A DNA stretch of 63,516 nucleotides, filler included, from Diploschistes diacapsis (taxonomy: Eukaryota): assembly GCA_023645945.1 (NCBI GenBank). It is 20 parts of 20 records of this genome, joined end to end, with 100 filler letters (N's around TTAATTAATTAA, not from the genome) between each part and the next. Parts side by side here need not be neighbours in the genome. Positions count along the whole stretch, not along the records: positions 25,368 to 26,580 come from JALAIB010003592.1; positions 26,681 to 27,893 come from JALAIB010003593.1; positions 27,994 to 29,206 come from JALAIB010003594.1; positions 29,307 to 30,519 come from JALAIB010003595.1; positions 30,620 to 31,832 come from JALAIB010003596.1; positions 31,933 to 33,144 come from JALAIB010003597.1; positions 33,245 to 34,456 come from JALAIB010003598.1; positions 34,557 to 35,768 come from JALAIB010003599.1; 12 more parts are not named here. One strand, given 5' to 3'. Below, one piece after another: positions 25,368 to 36,825 of this stretch; positions within the stretch are counted from its first letter, which is position 1; each line of letters opens with the position of its first letter. The notes beneath the pieces are model-generated. The model did not search any database. It saw nothing but the letters and a program-made list of their open reading frames with translations, and was not told the DNA's origin. Made by a program: the position numbers and the translations under genes.

Positions 25368-26221
25368 CTTAAATATACGTCGAGGTAAAGTTTTATTTAT
25401 ATTAATACGCGGTTACGTATAAATCTTATAACGAAGATTATTCGTTTCTTTTAATCGTTTATGATATGTAGGTTTTAATAGAAGTATATTAAGAATTAAA
25501 GTATCTAATATTTTAATTTCTTTCGGTTTTTATAGAACGTTATTAGTTTTATAACTTTTATAATGGGTTCTTTATACGATTTATTTTCGTTAGATTTATC
25601 GTTACTTTCGGGGTCGTCGTCTTTAGCTTCCGTTGTGTCTTTTATACGGACATCGGTTTTATTTAGTGGCGTTACTGCCCTAAATACGCGAGGTGTTGCG
25701 GATTTAGTTATCGATAGCGATCGCCCGGTTATGTTATTAGTAATACTTATTCTTGAGGGTATTTAAATGTTATGATTTTTATTTATACAAGATATACACG
25801 AATAGGATCAAGATAGGTTTAGTCTCTATTAAAAGAAGAGTGTGGTAGAAAAAGAAGATAGAGTAGTTATAGATCTTGGACTGTTTCTGGAAAGAAGGTT
25901 CTAAGGTGATAAAGGTAACGAATATAGATTGATCCCGAGTAATAATTTAAGATGTTTATGAAAATAAACACGTCCTAGACTTATAGAGGCCATGGCGACG
26001 TTCTTATATAGCTAACAGCTCCTTTAGTAGAGTAGATGAGTAGATGAATAGAATTATCGTTCTTTCTTTCTACCCACGATTGGGTAGAATGGTCTTTAAA
26101 ACCTTTTATTCATTACGTGACCCGTGTCACCCTGATTGGACTATATATAAGGAATGGCTGGGAAGTGCCCGACTAGCTGTTGCGTGCCAAGTACTGCCGA
26201 ACAGTACCTTGGATCGTAACA
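25368..26221 (-). mobile_element. LTR family B (25768-26221) with adjacent 5' internal/gag-like sequence
   Basis: LTR bounded by TGTTACGATC...ATCATAACA. The same LTR-internal junction recurs at 22741-22920. Confidence 0.75.
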
Positions 26222-26908
26222 CGCTTATGTTTATGATATATAATTTTTTAGTTTAATTTATAATTAAAAAGCTTTAGCTTTTCCTATAATTTGTTTTTAT
26301 ATTAAATATATTTCGTCGTAATAATATTTATATTTCTTATTTTTATATTAGAGATCGTTTCATTCTTCGTGTTTAAGATGTATAAAGTTTGATTCGTTAA
26401 TTTTTATGTTTTTTGCGATTTTTGATCGAAATTTATAATCGTGGTATATTAGGATCATGTAATTCTTATTTCGGCAGTTTTTTGGCTCGTAGAACTTTAC
26501 GTGGTTTAAATATTCGTACTTTTTTATACGATAAGTATTATATACGAAGTAGAATTTTGTTATTATAATAATTCCTTTTANNNNNNNNNNNNNNNNNNNN
26601 NNNNNNNNNNNNNNNNNNNNNNNNTTAATTAATTAANNNNNNNNNNNNNNNNNNNNNNNNNNNNNNNNNNNNNNNNNNNNTAATTCATATATCCGCGTTA
26701 TACGCACCGAGGGACCGATATTAATCTATATATTAATTAACCGGAACCGTACCGACAACTTTTTCGTTTAACGGTAAATACGTATCCGTCATCTTTCCGC
26801 GGAATTAACGAAAATATATCGAGAATTCTACGAAAATTTTTAAATAAATATAAATAACGGCTCTAAAGATTTAGAATTAAAAAAAAAATAATAATTATAA
26901 TAAATAAT

Positions 26909-27893
26909 TATAACAGTCCTTCGGGCGAGCGAAGGAATTTAATCTTAACGCCGCGTTAAGGCCGCTCCAAAGCCGTAGGTCATAAAAAAAGTTTTTATAA
27001 AGGGATCTCCTCTTTTCTTCTCTAGAGATTAGTTCATAAATACTATGACCATTACTATCACACTACTGCATTTCATCCTTTACAATTATCGCCTACTGTA
27101 ATCATTTTAGACGACTTTACGCCATCTATTCCTACCGGTTCAGGTTCAGTTCTGAACAAGATACCTAAATAATAGAAGAAAAATTAATTTAAAATAAATT
27201 ATTAGATTATAATCTATACGAAAAAAAATCGATTAAAAACGTTTCCGTGGTTTATTTATTACGAAAGCTAAATGGGATTCTTTGTAGACAAAATATTAAG
27301 CGATAACTGAACCTGAACGTCGCTAACTGAACCTTAAATTCGTTAATTATAAACTTAAAGTAGGTACGACTATTTAAAAAATATAAATATATTTAATAAA
27401 ACTTTTAAAGAAGCTGTCGTATGGACGAACCGAATACGCCCTGAAGATTCCTTTTTAATAATTATTTATAATATTGCCGCTTAATTACGGAATTATTATC
27501 GACGCCATTAATACGTAAATCGATAGTATATTATCCGCTAATATCGATTTCGATAGGTAACTCAACAGGCTTATCGATAAGCAAGATAAGTTAATAAAAG
27601 AAATTATAGCATATTCCCTGCGGCATAAAAGATTACAGCACTTTAAAAGCTTATATTCCCATTCTCAGAAAAAATCCGACAAAAAGCGACGCCGCCATTC
27701 TAGCCCAAAAAAAGGATATTTATTTTATAATAACGATAATTATCGCGCGATAAAATGCAAGCTCGCCAGAGAGTTTAAAAAAATGGTCATCGTAGTAAAA
27801 GATAAGAAACGGGAGAAAAGAAAAGAATCCCGAAATATTCGTAACAAATAAAAAAGTAAGAACAAGCGCGCCTATAATGTAGAAGGTTTAAAC
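26909..27893 (+). mobile_element. Ty1/Copia-like 5' end: short putative LTR (26909-26977) plus degraded gag
   Basis: Homologous to 30915-31095. A GGT(T/C)AT motif follows the putative LTR, then a stop-riddled gag-like frame. Confidence 0.55.
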
Positions 27894-27993
27894 NNNNNNN
27901 NNNNNNNNNNNNNNNNNNNNNNNNNNNNNNNNNNNNNTTAATTAATTAANNNNNNNNNNNNNNNNNNNNNNNNNNNNNNNNNNNNNNNNNNNN

Positions 27994-28900
27994 ATATTAT
28001 ATATATGGTAATCTATATTAAACTAGATATTATTTTCGTAATTAAGAAGTTTAATTAGTATATAAGTAATTTTTATTTCTATTATTTATATGTATTTAAG
28101 GGATTACTTCGTTATATTCGAAAGATTAAAGATACGAAGGTTCAGTTTTTAACTGAATCTGAACCTGAACTTTTAAAGTTACGAAGATATTTTAATGTAG
28201 ATTACGGGGGAGATAAGATAAACCGAAAGTTTACGTATGGACATATGTTTTAATTATATGGTGGCTTAATATCATAAATAAGCAAGAAATAAAGTTTAGT
28301 TTTTATCTCGATAACTGAAATTGAATATATTAGATTATCATATGCTATAAAGTAGGTCGTATGGTGCGTATAGTTCTTGAAAGATATTGGATATTTAAAG
28401 TTTATAGGATCATCTCTATTTATTATCAAATTATTAGGAGACAATATTGGTTTTTTGAATCTAATAAAGCACGCGAGGATCAACGATAAATTAAAGTATA
28501 TCGATATTATCTATCATTATATACGGGATCTAGTCAAACGAGGCCGTATTAATGTTATTTATATACTTATAGATAAGATGGTTGCCGACGGATTAACGAA
28601 ATCACTAAATTACACCAAGCACGACATGTTCATTAAAGGACTTGGACTAGTACAGAAGGTATCCAGCTGGACCAGGTGAACATGCCGATGGTTCCGCCCG
28701 TGAGGGAGTGTTGAGCAGGCAGGCAGAATGCATGGCTGGGAAGTTCAGCTGAATCTACTGGGGTTCCTGCTAATCCTAATCGGGAGTAGTGCAAGTCTAT
28801 AGGGCTTAGTGGATCTTATTGGTATAAGAGCTTGCATGTAGACTCTTCCTTCTAGTTAGATCTCTAGATATCTAGACTTCAATACATGCGTTGCCCAAAA
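27994..28900 (+). mobile_element. Ty1/Copia RT/RNase H 3' end, PPT and 3' LTR (28709-28900)
   Basis: YFNVDYGGDK..RK, KYIDIIYHYIRDLV and MVADGLTKSL motifs, then PPT GTGAGGGAG followed by TGTTGAGC. Confidence 0.88.
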
Positions 28901-29384
28901 ATAATAATTATTTCTCGACCGGAAAAGATATTTTATTTAAAAAGATTTCTGGCTATAGTTTCGAATTTAGAACAAAAGTTTCGGAATCTTTCTTAATTAT
29001 TACGATATCTCGTAACTAATTTTATTAAATAAGTTTTAATATTTATCTATTATCGAATATTAAGGTAAACGTAATCCCGAAATAAGATCTTTTTTAAAGT
29101 AGTCCAGTCGCGTTTAATAAATTTAAGAGAAGTTTTAATTAATATATTAATAGATTCTTTATTATAATTAGGCAGTCGGATAAAGAACTCTTTTACCGTT
29201 ATAAAGNNNNNNNNNNNNNNNNNNNNNNNNNNNNNNNNNNNNNNNNNNNNTTAATTAATTAANNNNNNNNNNNNNNNNNNNNNNNNNNNNNNNNNNNNNN
29301 NNNNNNAATCAGTAGATGGATAAAATTACCATTCTGCCGTTTTATTCACAGAAGGTAAAATAACCTTCAAGGCTTTCTACTCAT

Positions 29385-29839
29385 TGTTACGATCCAAGTG
29401 ACTAGGTGGTAGCCACTTGGCACTTCACAGCTGATCGGGCCTAACCCGGCCACTCCTTGTATATAGTCCAATTATGGTGACGTTAGTCACGTGATGAATA
29501 AAAAGCCTCAGAGGCTATTTTACCTTTTATAAATAAAACGGAAGAACGGTAATTCTATCTATCTATTAATCTATTTTATTAGGAAGTAGTTAACTATATA
29601 AGAACGTCGTTATAGCTCTTATAAATTTTAGTATATTTATTTTTATAGATATCTTTAGCGATTGTTCGGAATCAATTTATATTCTTTATTTTTATTAAAC
29701 GGATAATAATCTTTCTAAAAATCAGAACAGACTTGTTATCGATCTACTTCTTCTCCTACTTGCACTCCTCTTCTAACAGAGACCAAACCCACCTTGATTA
29801 ATACCTCGTGTCTACATTGTAGAGATAGAGATCATAACA
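29385..29839 (+). mobile_element. LTR family B, full length
   Basis: TGTTACGATC...GATCATAACA terminal inverted repeat; multiple copies in the window. Confidence 0.8.
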
Positions 29840-30619
29840 CGTAAATGTTCGTAATTTAAGGCAGTTTTCGGCCTAAATCATTTTATTAATATTACAAACG
29901 CAAAGATATTTAACCTATATACGCGTTTTTAGGTTTATTGGCCCCATAAAGGCTCTAACGAGCTAAATAACCGTTTAAACCCGCTTTCCATACCATAAAT
30001 CAAGTCAGAAGTTACTCGAAAGAAAGCACGTCCCGATTATAAATCGATTAAATATCGATTATTAACCGTCGTAAATCCGCTGTAAAGAGACCAGAGACCT
30101 ATTAAATACTATTAATAGGCCGAATCTCTAATCCATTAAACGGAAGCGATTTATAAATTCATAAACTCGCTTTGCTTTCGGATCCGAGCAAACCGCATAA
30201 ATAAATCTTTTAAGAAAGAGTCCGGGACAGGGAGGTCAAGTAGGTACCATATTAGTAATCAATAGATTCCGGGAATAGGCGAGATAGCAGGCTATAGGAA
30301 AAATTTCCGACTGAAACTGGAATATTTTTTATTAATAACGATCGTTAACCTTCCGGAACCCGATCGTATGATATATATATATTAGACGGGGTAGAGGTGC
30401 TTTAAAAGAATTCTGTATCATATTTCTATTTATAGGGGTGGTTATTCTGTCTAAACTATGTCTAAAGATAGAAAAAGAAAAAAAACGCGGGAGATTATAA
30501 AAACTATAAATATCTGTCTNNNNNNNNNNNNNNNNNNNNNNNNNNNNNNNNNNNNNNNNNNNNTTAATTAATTAANNNNNNNNNNNNNNNNNNNNNNNNN
30601 NNNNNNNNNNNNNNNNNNN

Positions 30620-30905
30620 GAAATATAGTGTCCGTATTAATATCAGTGTTTTAAAAATTTTAATTATAATGTCCGTGTCCGTGCTTTTATTGCAGTATAG
30701 TATCCGTGTCAGTGTCCGTGTTTTAAAATTTTAGCTGTCGTGTCCGTGTCAGTGTCCGTGTTTTGAAAATTTTTGCTGCAGTGTCCGTGTCAGTGACCGT
30801 GGCACGAAACGGCCAGCCTAGTCAGTATCCGTGTTTTAAATTTTTTAGTGACGGTGTCCGTGTTCGTGGATTCACGAGAATATAATATCCGTATTAGTAT
30901 CTGTA
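30620..30905. repeat. Subterminal repeat array (GTGTCCGTGTCAGTGTCCGTGTTTTRAAA) and terminus (ACGGCCAGCCTA, ends 30820) of a probable hAT-like DNA transposon
   Basis: The same repeats and 12-bp terminus occur at 60051-60333. Confidence 0.6.
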
Positions 30906-30914
30906 ACAGATAGC

Positions 30915-31832
30915 TGTGACAGTCCTCCGGGCGAGCGGAGGAACTCAGTCCTAGCGCCGCGCCAAGGCCGCTCCAAGGCCGTAGGTTATAAGAGGAGTTT
31001 TTAGAGAAGAATCTTCTCCTTTTTTTTCTAAAGATTAGTTCATAAATATTATAATCATTAATATCATATTATTACATTTTATTCTTTATAGTTCTAATTT
31101 TTTTTCCTTTAATGAAGCAGTGGTCCGGTAAAATGGCGAAAGGAAAGCGAAAAGCCGCGACTACATTTCGAAATACTGGAAAATCGGTAGCAGCCGCAGA
31201 TCTAACGGATACCGTTATTTCATCCCGACGGGAATTATTAATGCATAACGAGATATTAACGGAATCCTTACGGTCAGCAGCCGCAGAGGCCTCGCGAAGA
31301 AAAGAAATCGTCGAAAGGAAACGCGTCGCCATCGAAATTCCTAAATTAGGCGAAAAAGATTAATTTTAAAATTCTATTATCGAAAAAGAATATCTATCGG
31401 ACGCAGATTTTTCGCGATTTAATCGGGAACGTATTTCTTATTTTAAAAGAAAACGCGAGAGATTATTAAAGTAAAAAAGAATCTAAGATCTAATTACGGA
31501 AGTAACGAATCTAGAAATTTAAACCACGTTTCCGACAATCGAAACGGAATATAAAACGTATGTTATTCGTAAGCGAGCCGTATTTAGCGAATACGTTATT
31601 AACGTTACGAGATACCTTCGACTTTAATTTTTATTTAAATATTAAAAGTTATTTATAACGGAATACCGAGAATGATTTATAATAAATAATAATACACGGG
31701 AAATAAATATATTATATTTATTTATAATTACGTTATAAGTTCGTTACGTTATATAGGCGTTTCGGGGAAATTTTTTAAAATTTTAATTCGTTTATAAAAC
31801 TAAAATCGAGATAAATACGGTCACGTAAAGTT
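30915..31832 (+). mobile_element. Ty1/Copia-like 5' end: short putative LTR (30915-30983) plus degraded gag
   Basis: Homologous to 26909-27090, with GGTTATAAG following the putative LTR. Confidence 0.55.
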
Positions 31833-31932
31833 NNNNNNNNNNNNNNNNNNNNNNNNNNNNNNNNNNNNNNNNNNNNTTAATTAATTAANNNNNNNNNNNN
31901 NNNNNNNNNNNNNNNNNNNNNNNNNNNNNNNN

Positions 31933-32351
31933 TACGATTTAAATATTAGATTTAACACGTTCTAGCCATGCCTTATATATAGACTAATTATAATAACACT
32001 AATATCCTGATGAATAAAAGGCCTTAATAGCTTATTTATTACTAACAGGTAAAACGGGAAATCGGTAATTTGATTTAATTATTCGTCTTCACTAAAAAGA
32101 AACATTAAGTTATATAAGAACGTCGCCATGGCTTTTATAAATCTTAATATGTTTATTTTATAAACATCCTTAATTAAAGCTCGGGATCAATTTATATTCC
32201 TTACCTCTATTATTTAAAGTTTTCTTTTAGAGATTAATACAGACCTATAACCAATCTACTTCTTCTTCCTGTCTACACTCCTCTCTACTAGAGACCAAAC
32301 CCACCTTGAACTATACCTCGTATCTACCTAGTAGAGATAGAGATCATAACA
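31933..32351 (+). mobile_element. LTR family B, 5'-truncated or eroded
   Basis: Ends GAGATAGAGATCATAACA and aligns with 29430-29839. Confidence 0.75.
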
Positions 32352-33144
32352 TCCGTTTAATAATAAAGATTCTTTAATTCGTTTTCGCCGGATCTTGGCG
32401 TTAATTTTATAAAACGAGTTAATTTTTATTTTAACGTTTCTTCGTTTTGCGTTAGTCCCGAAAAGCCGCGGCGTTTATTATTATACATCTTAACCTCGGG
32501 ATTATGTTTCGTCTATTTATAATTGGAAGCGTTTAAGTGATCGTAAACATTTTTTAAATTTTCTTTTTTAAAATTTCGATATTTTTTTTCAGCGATCGAA
32601 TTCGTCGTTCGTTCAATCATCCGTATTGTTTTTAATTTTAATCGAGACTGTCTAAACTCCGCTTTTCGTTCATCAATAACGGGTACTTGACGCGTTATTG
32701 ATTCGTCATTCATTTCTTTTAGAGACGGTTTCTTAAGAATCCTCCTAACCGCTTTAAACATCCGATCTCGTCGGTCCGCATCTTGCTGATGAAGGCATAT
32801 CAATCTGTTATCCTTCGGGCCAAGCCATATCTGATGTTTCTGAAAAAACATGTTTCTTATTAAGATGGGTACGTTTCCTAGTGTCGTTAAGATGATCGGT
32901 TAGTCTTTAAAGCGTCTTCCTTAGATCTAGACGCCCGTTATTATTTCTTTCGGAATATTTCGTCCGTTCTTGCCCTCGAATCCTCGGGTCCGGATATTCG
33001 AAAATAGATCTATTATAATACTATCGAGAAACTTCGCGATATATCGGCCATACGATTCGTTTATTACAATATACACGTTTATTCCGGAATTATATAGACT
33101 ATTATTAATTACCGCTACTCTATTTAAAAAATATGATATAAAAC
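32352..33144 (-). mobile_element. RIP-degraded Ty3/Gypsy aspartic protease region
   Basis: SLYNSGINVYIVIN (DSG to NSG by G>A), then GFEGK and TTLGNVPILIRNMFFQKHQIWL. Confidence 0.65.
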
Positions 33145-33244
33145 NNNNNNNNNNNNNNNNNNNNNNNNNNNNNNNNNNNNNNNNNNNNTTAATTAATTAA
33201 NNNNNNNNNNNNNNNNNNNNNNNNNNNNNNNNNNNNNNNNNNNN

Positions 33245-33642
33245 ATTTTATACTTAAACGATATTTTAATTCATTTTAATAGAATATTCGAGAATGATCA
33301 ATAAAAAATTAAAAAAATATTTCGACGATTCGACAAATACGAACTTCGCTTAAAATTAAAGAAATACGTATTCCATAAAACAGAAATTAATTTCTTAAAA
33401 CACGTTATAAAACGAAAAAACGTCAAAATCGACTTTAAGAAAATATAATCTATTCTTAAATAATTAACCCCGAAGAACGTAAAAGACGTTCAATCTTTTT
33501 TAAGATTCGTTAATTATAATCGATACTTTAGTAAAAATTATTTAAAAATAATAGAACCATTAATAAAATTTATTAAAAAAACTTATTTTATAAATAAACA
33601 TAAGATTAAGAACGGGCCTTTTAGAAATTTAAAGATTTAACG
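33245..33642 (+). mobile_element. RIP-degraded Ty3/Gypsy reverse transcriptase fragment
   Basis: YLNDILI (YLDD), KLKKYVFHKTEINFLKHVI and TPKNVKDVQSFLRFVNYNR. Confidence 0.85.
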
Positions 33643-33939
33643 TGAGACAGATCAGCCCAGGCGTGCCAAGCCACCGGGGTCACGTGACGGCAGGGTCACA
33701 TGACGGGTACCAACCGTGTTAAGGATGTTAGGGGGTGGCTATGTAGGCGGGTAGAACCCGAACCCCGTAGGGCTGGCACTTACACACTATTTATTCCTGC
33801 CACCTTCCCACTTAAATAGTTTCTTCTTTAGCTTTTCGAATCGAGACCTTTTACCTATAAATGTTTAGTTACACGTAATCCTTTCGGATCAGGCCCAGCT
33901 TCCGATAATATAATATTCCATTCCTGCGCTAACGTTTCA
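33643..33939 (+). mobile_element. Solo LTR, family A variant, following the RT fragment
   Basis: TGAGACAG...CGTTTCA ends; the 3' half aligns with 720-933. Confidence 0.75.
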
Positions 33940-34556
33940 TATTCGAAAAGCTTACTTTACTTTCATATTCGTAACGAGAATTTAAAACGTCAACCGAATT
34001 AAATATTTAAGTAAATTTATGATAATCGGAACTCGAAAATATTACCCGCCGACCTATTATAAATAATAACTCCCGTTAATAAAAAGGATTAAAAGAAAAA
34101 AAGAAAATTGATAATACCTCCGTTTTTTAAAAAATTAATCGAGATACCATCCATTAAAAAATACGATTCAATAAATAAATCGTTAGTTGGTTAATAAATT
34201 TATAAAATATCCCGCGTTATAATAATCATTAATGTCAGGAATTTTTAAAGGATTTAATATTAATAAAAAATCAGTATCGGGACGAGTCTAATGAAACCCC
34301 CGTGATAATATTAAACGAAACAGATTCTCTTTTAAAAACTTAACGAAAGAATCGGTTAATTAAGATATAATTACGGAGAACGTAATAAACCTATAATCGT
34401 AAAAACGAGCAGAAGAAATCCATTAACGAATTAAAAATAAATTAATAAAATTAATANNNNNNNNNNNNNNNNNNNNNNNNNNNNNNNNNNNNNNNNNNNN
34501 TTAATTAATTAANNNNNNNNNNNNNNNNNNNNNNNNNNNNNNNNNNNNNNNNNNNN

Positions 34557-35102
34557 AAGTAATATTAATCATCACGACGATCATATTCTTTTATAGAATC
34601 TAAGAACGTATTTAATTAAAAATAACGCTAAAAAAGATTTAAAGAGGCAGAAACATCTATTACGAAAGAATAACGGGTATCTTTTTAAACAAATCAGAAA
34701 AAAAGGTAAAGATCGAGGTAGAAATTGATTAAAAAAAAAGCATCGCGCTTATAAGAAACACAAGTATCTAAAAAGGGGGGTAGTGAAATAGCCCAACCCA
34801 AGAACTTGCTAAGCCACGGCAGGATTAATGTCCAGATACTTACTAAACCACGGCAAGATTAATGCCTAGATGCTTGCCAAGACACGGCAAAATCAGGAAA
34901 TGGTTATATAAATGGGTAATTCCCGAACCCCGGTAAGCTAACATTTATACTACTTAACGGTACCTTCTTCCCATCTAGATAGTTTCTTTTTCAGCTTTTC
35001 GAATCGAGATCTTTTACCTATAAATGCCCAAGCTACAGCTAATCCTTCCGGATCAGGCCCAGCCCCCGGTAGAGCAGCATCCTTTCCTGCGCTGGCGTTT
35101 CA
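34557..35102 (+). mobile_element. Gypsy 3' UTR, PPT and LTR family A (34784-35102)
   Basis: Colinear with 310-933, with fewer 34-bp units. Confidence 0.82.
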
Positions 35103-35341
35103 TCTTTCGTGCTATTAAATATTATTCTTATTAATCTTTTAAAATATTTATGATTATTATAAATTCTCGAAAATCTATTATAAATAATCCATCATTATTA
35201 ATCTTTAATAATTTAGTTTAACGCGGTTTTTTTGTTATATAATCTAGCCGTCTGTTCAATACGTTAGCTCGTTCGTTTGTTTTACCTGCGATCTTTTTAA
35301 TCGTGAAACGGTATCGTCCGAAAATTTCTAACCAGCGAAAC

Positions 35342-35768
35342 TTTTGGGCAACGCATGTATTGAAGTCTAAATATCTAGAGATCTAATTAGAAGGAATAGT
35401 CTGCATGCGAGCTCTTATACCAATAGGATCCACTAAGCCCTATAGACTTGCACTACTCCCGATTAGGATTAATAGAAACCCTAGTAGGTTCAGCTGAACT
35501 GAATCTGAACCTGAGGTTTAGCTGAACTTCCTAGCTATGTATTCTGCCTGCCTGCTTAATATTCCCTCACGGGCGAAACTATCGGTATGTTTACCTAGTT
35601 TAGCTGGATGTCTTTTGTATTAGTCTAAGTTCTTTGACGAATATGTCGTGTTTGGCGTAGTTTAGTGGTTTCGTTAATCCGTCGGCAATGATCTTGTCTG
35701 TAAGTATGTAAATAATATGAATACGGTTTCGTTGAATTAGGTCCCGTATATAATAATAAGTAATATCG
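35342..35768 (-). mobile_element. Ty1/Copia RNase H end plus 3' LTR (35342-35561)
   Basis: Reverse complement of 28500-28900. Confidence 0.85.
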
Positions 35769-35868
35769 NNNNNNNNNNNNNNNNNNNNNNNNNNNNNNNN
35801 NNNNNNNNNNNNTTAATTAATTAANNNNNNNNNNNNNNNNNNNNNNNNNNNNNNNNNNNNNNNNNNNN

Positions 35869-36243
35869 ATTAGGGACTGATGTATCTGCTGGTGGGGAAC
35901 AAGAGGGTGGTGAAGAAGAATAGGGAGTGGTCGAGGGTTGGTCGACGAGCGCCGGATGGTGGGGGAGGGCTCGGGGGTAGGTTTGGGAGCTGTCAACATC
36001 GGAGTCGAATCCTGAGGATGAAGATTGACGCGAGGACGGACGTGGAGATGTGGTAGAAGAGGAGGAGGATGAGCGGATCGCTTTGAGTCTGACTTTCGGC
36101 TCGGTTTTTGTTTTCCGTCGAGACTGCTTGTGAAATTGTCCCAGTCTGTTGCTGACCGCTGAGGAAGACTGCTCGGAGGATGACGAGGAGGCTGTTGAAG
36201 GGGTTGTAGAGGACACCGGAGGTGTGTCTTGACGAGAGTCCAT
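35869..36243 (-). CDS. 5' part of a Ser/Pro-rich hypothetical protein, truncated by the contig end
   Basis: ATG-started ORF open to the gap with coding-like GC content; no recognisable domain. Confidence 0.5.
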
Positions 36244-36825
36244 TCCGGGGAGCTTGTAAGATGCTTTGCCTCACGCGAGTGAAAGGCTAGATGTCCATGC
36301 TCTCAGATAACGCTTAGTTTTGTATTTATTCTGATGTTGAACAAATAAAGCAAAGCGATAGATCATGTTAAAGCAGTACGCATACGAGACAGATCAATAG
36401 GCTGCAAGCAATTCCTCCCTGGAGTGGCTGGAAAACGCCATGAGCTGATTCTCCCTGTACTTAATACGGATCATGATGACTGATAACATTCCATACTTTG
36501 GTCGTTGTGAAAATATGTGGCAGGGGGAATGAAGAGCATCAAAAGATTGGCGAGACCGCACGAGTAATAGAAATCTGCTGGTTTGAGCAAACATACGCAC
36601 TCCGATATATTCCAGAGAACACAATGAAGCGGTATACAGAGCATGATGTGATAAGTGATTAAGAGATCCTTGTTTACTTAAATTGGTAATTTGGAACAAG
36701 AACGATGATTACACGAACTTTATAAGTGCTCCAGTATACTAACAACCCTCCAACAGACTTGGTAGCATTTACACGTCTCCATCATGAACATCAAACCAAT
36801 AAAAGTACGCCATCACCAGCCAACC

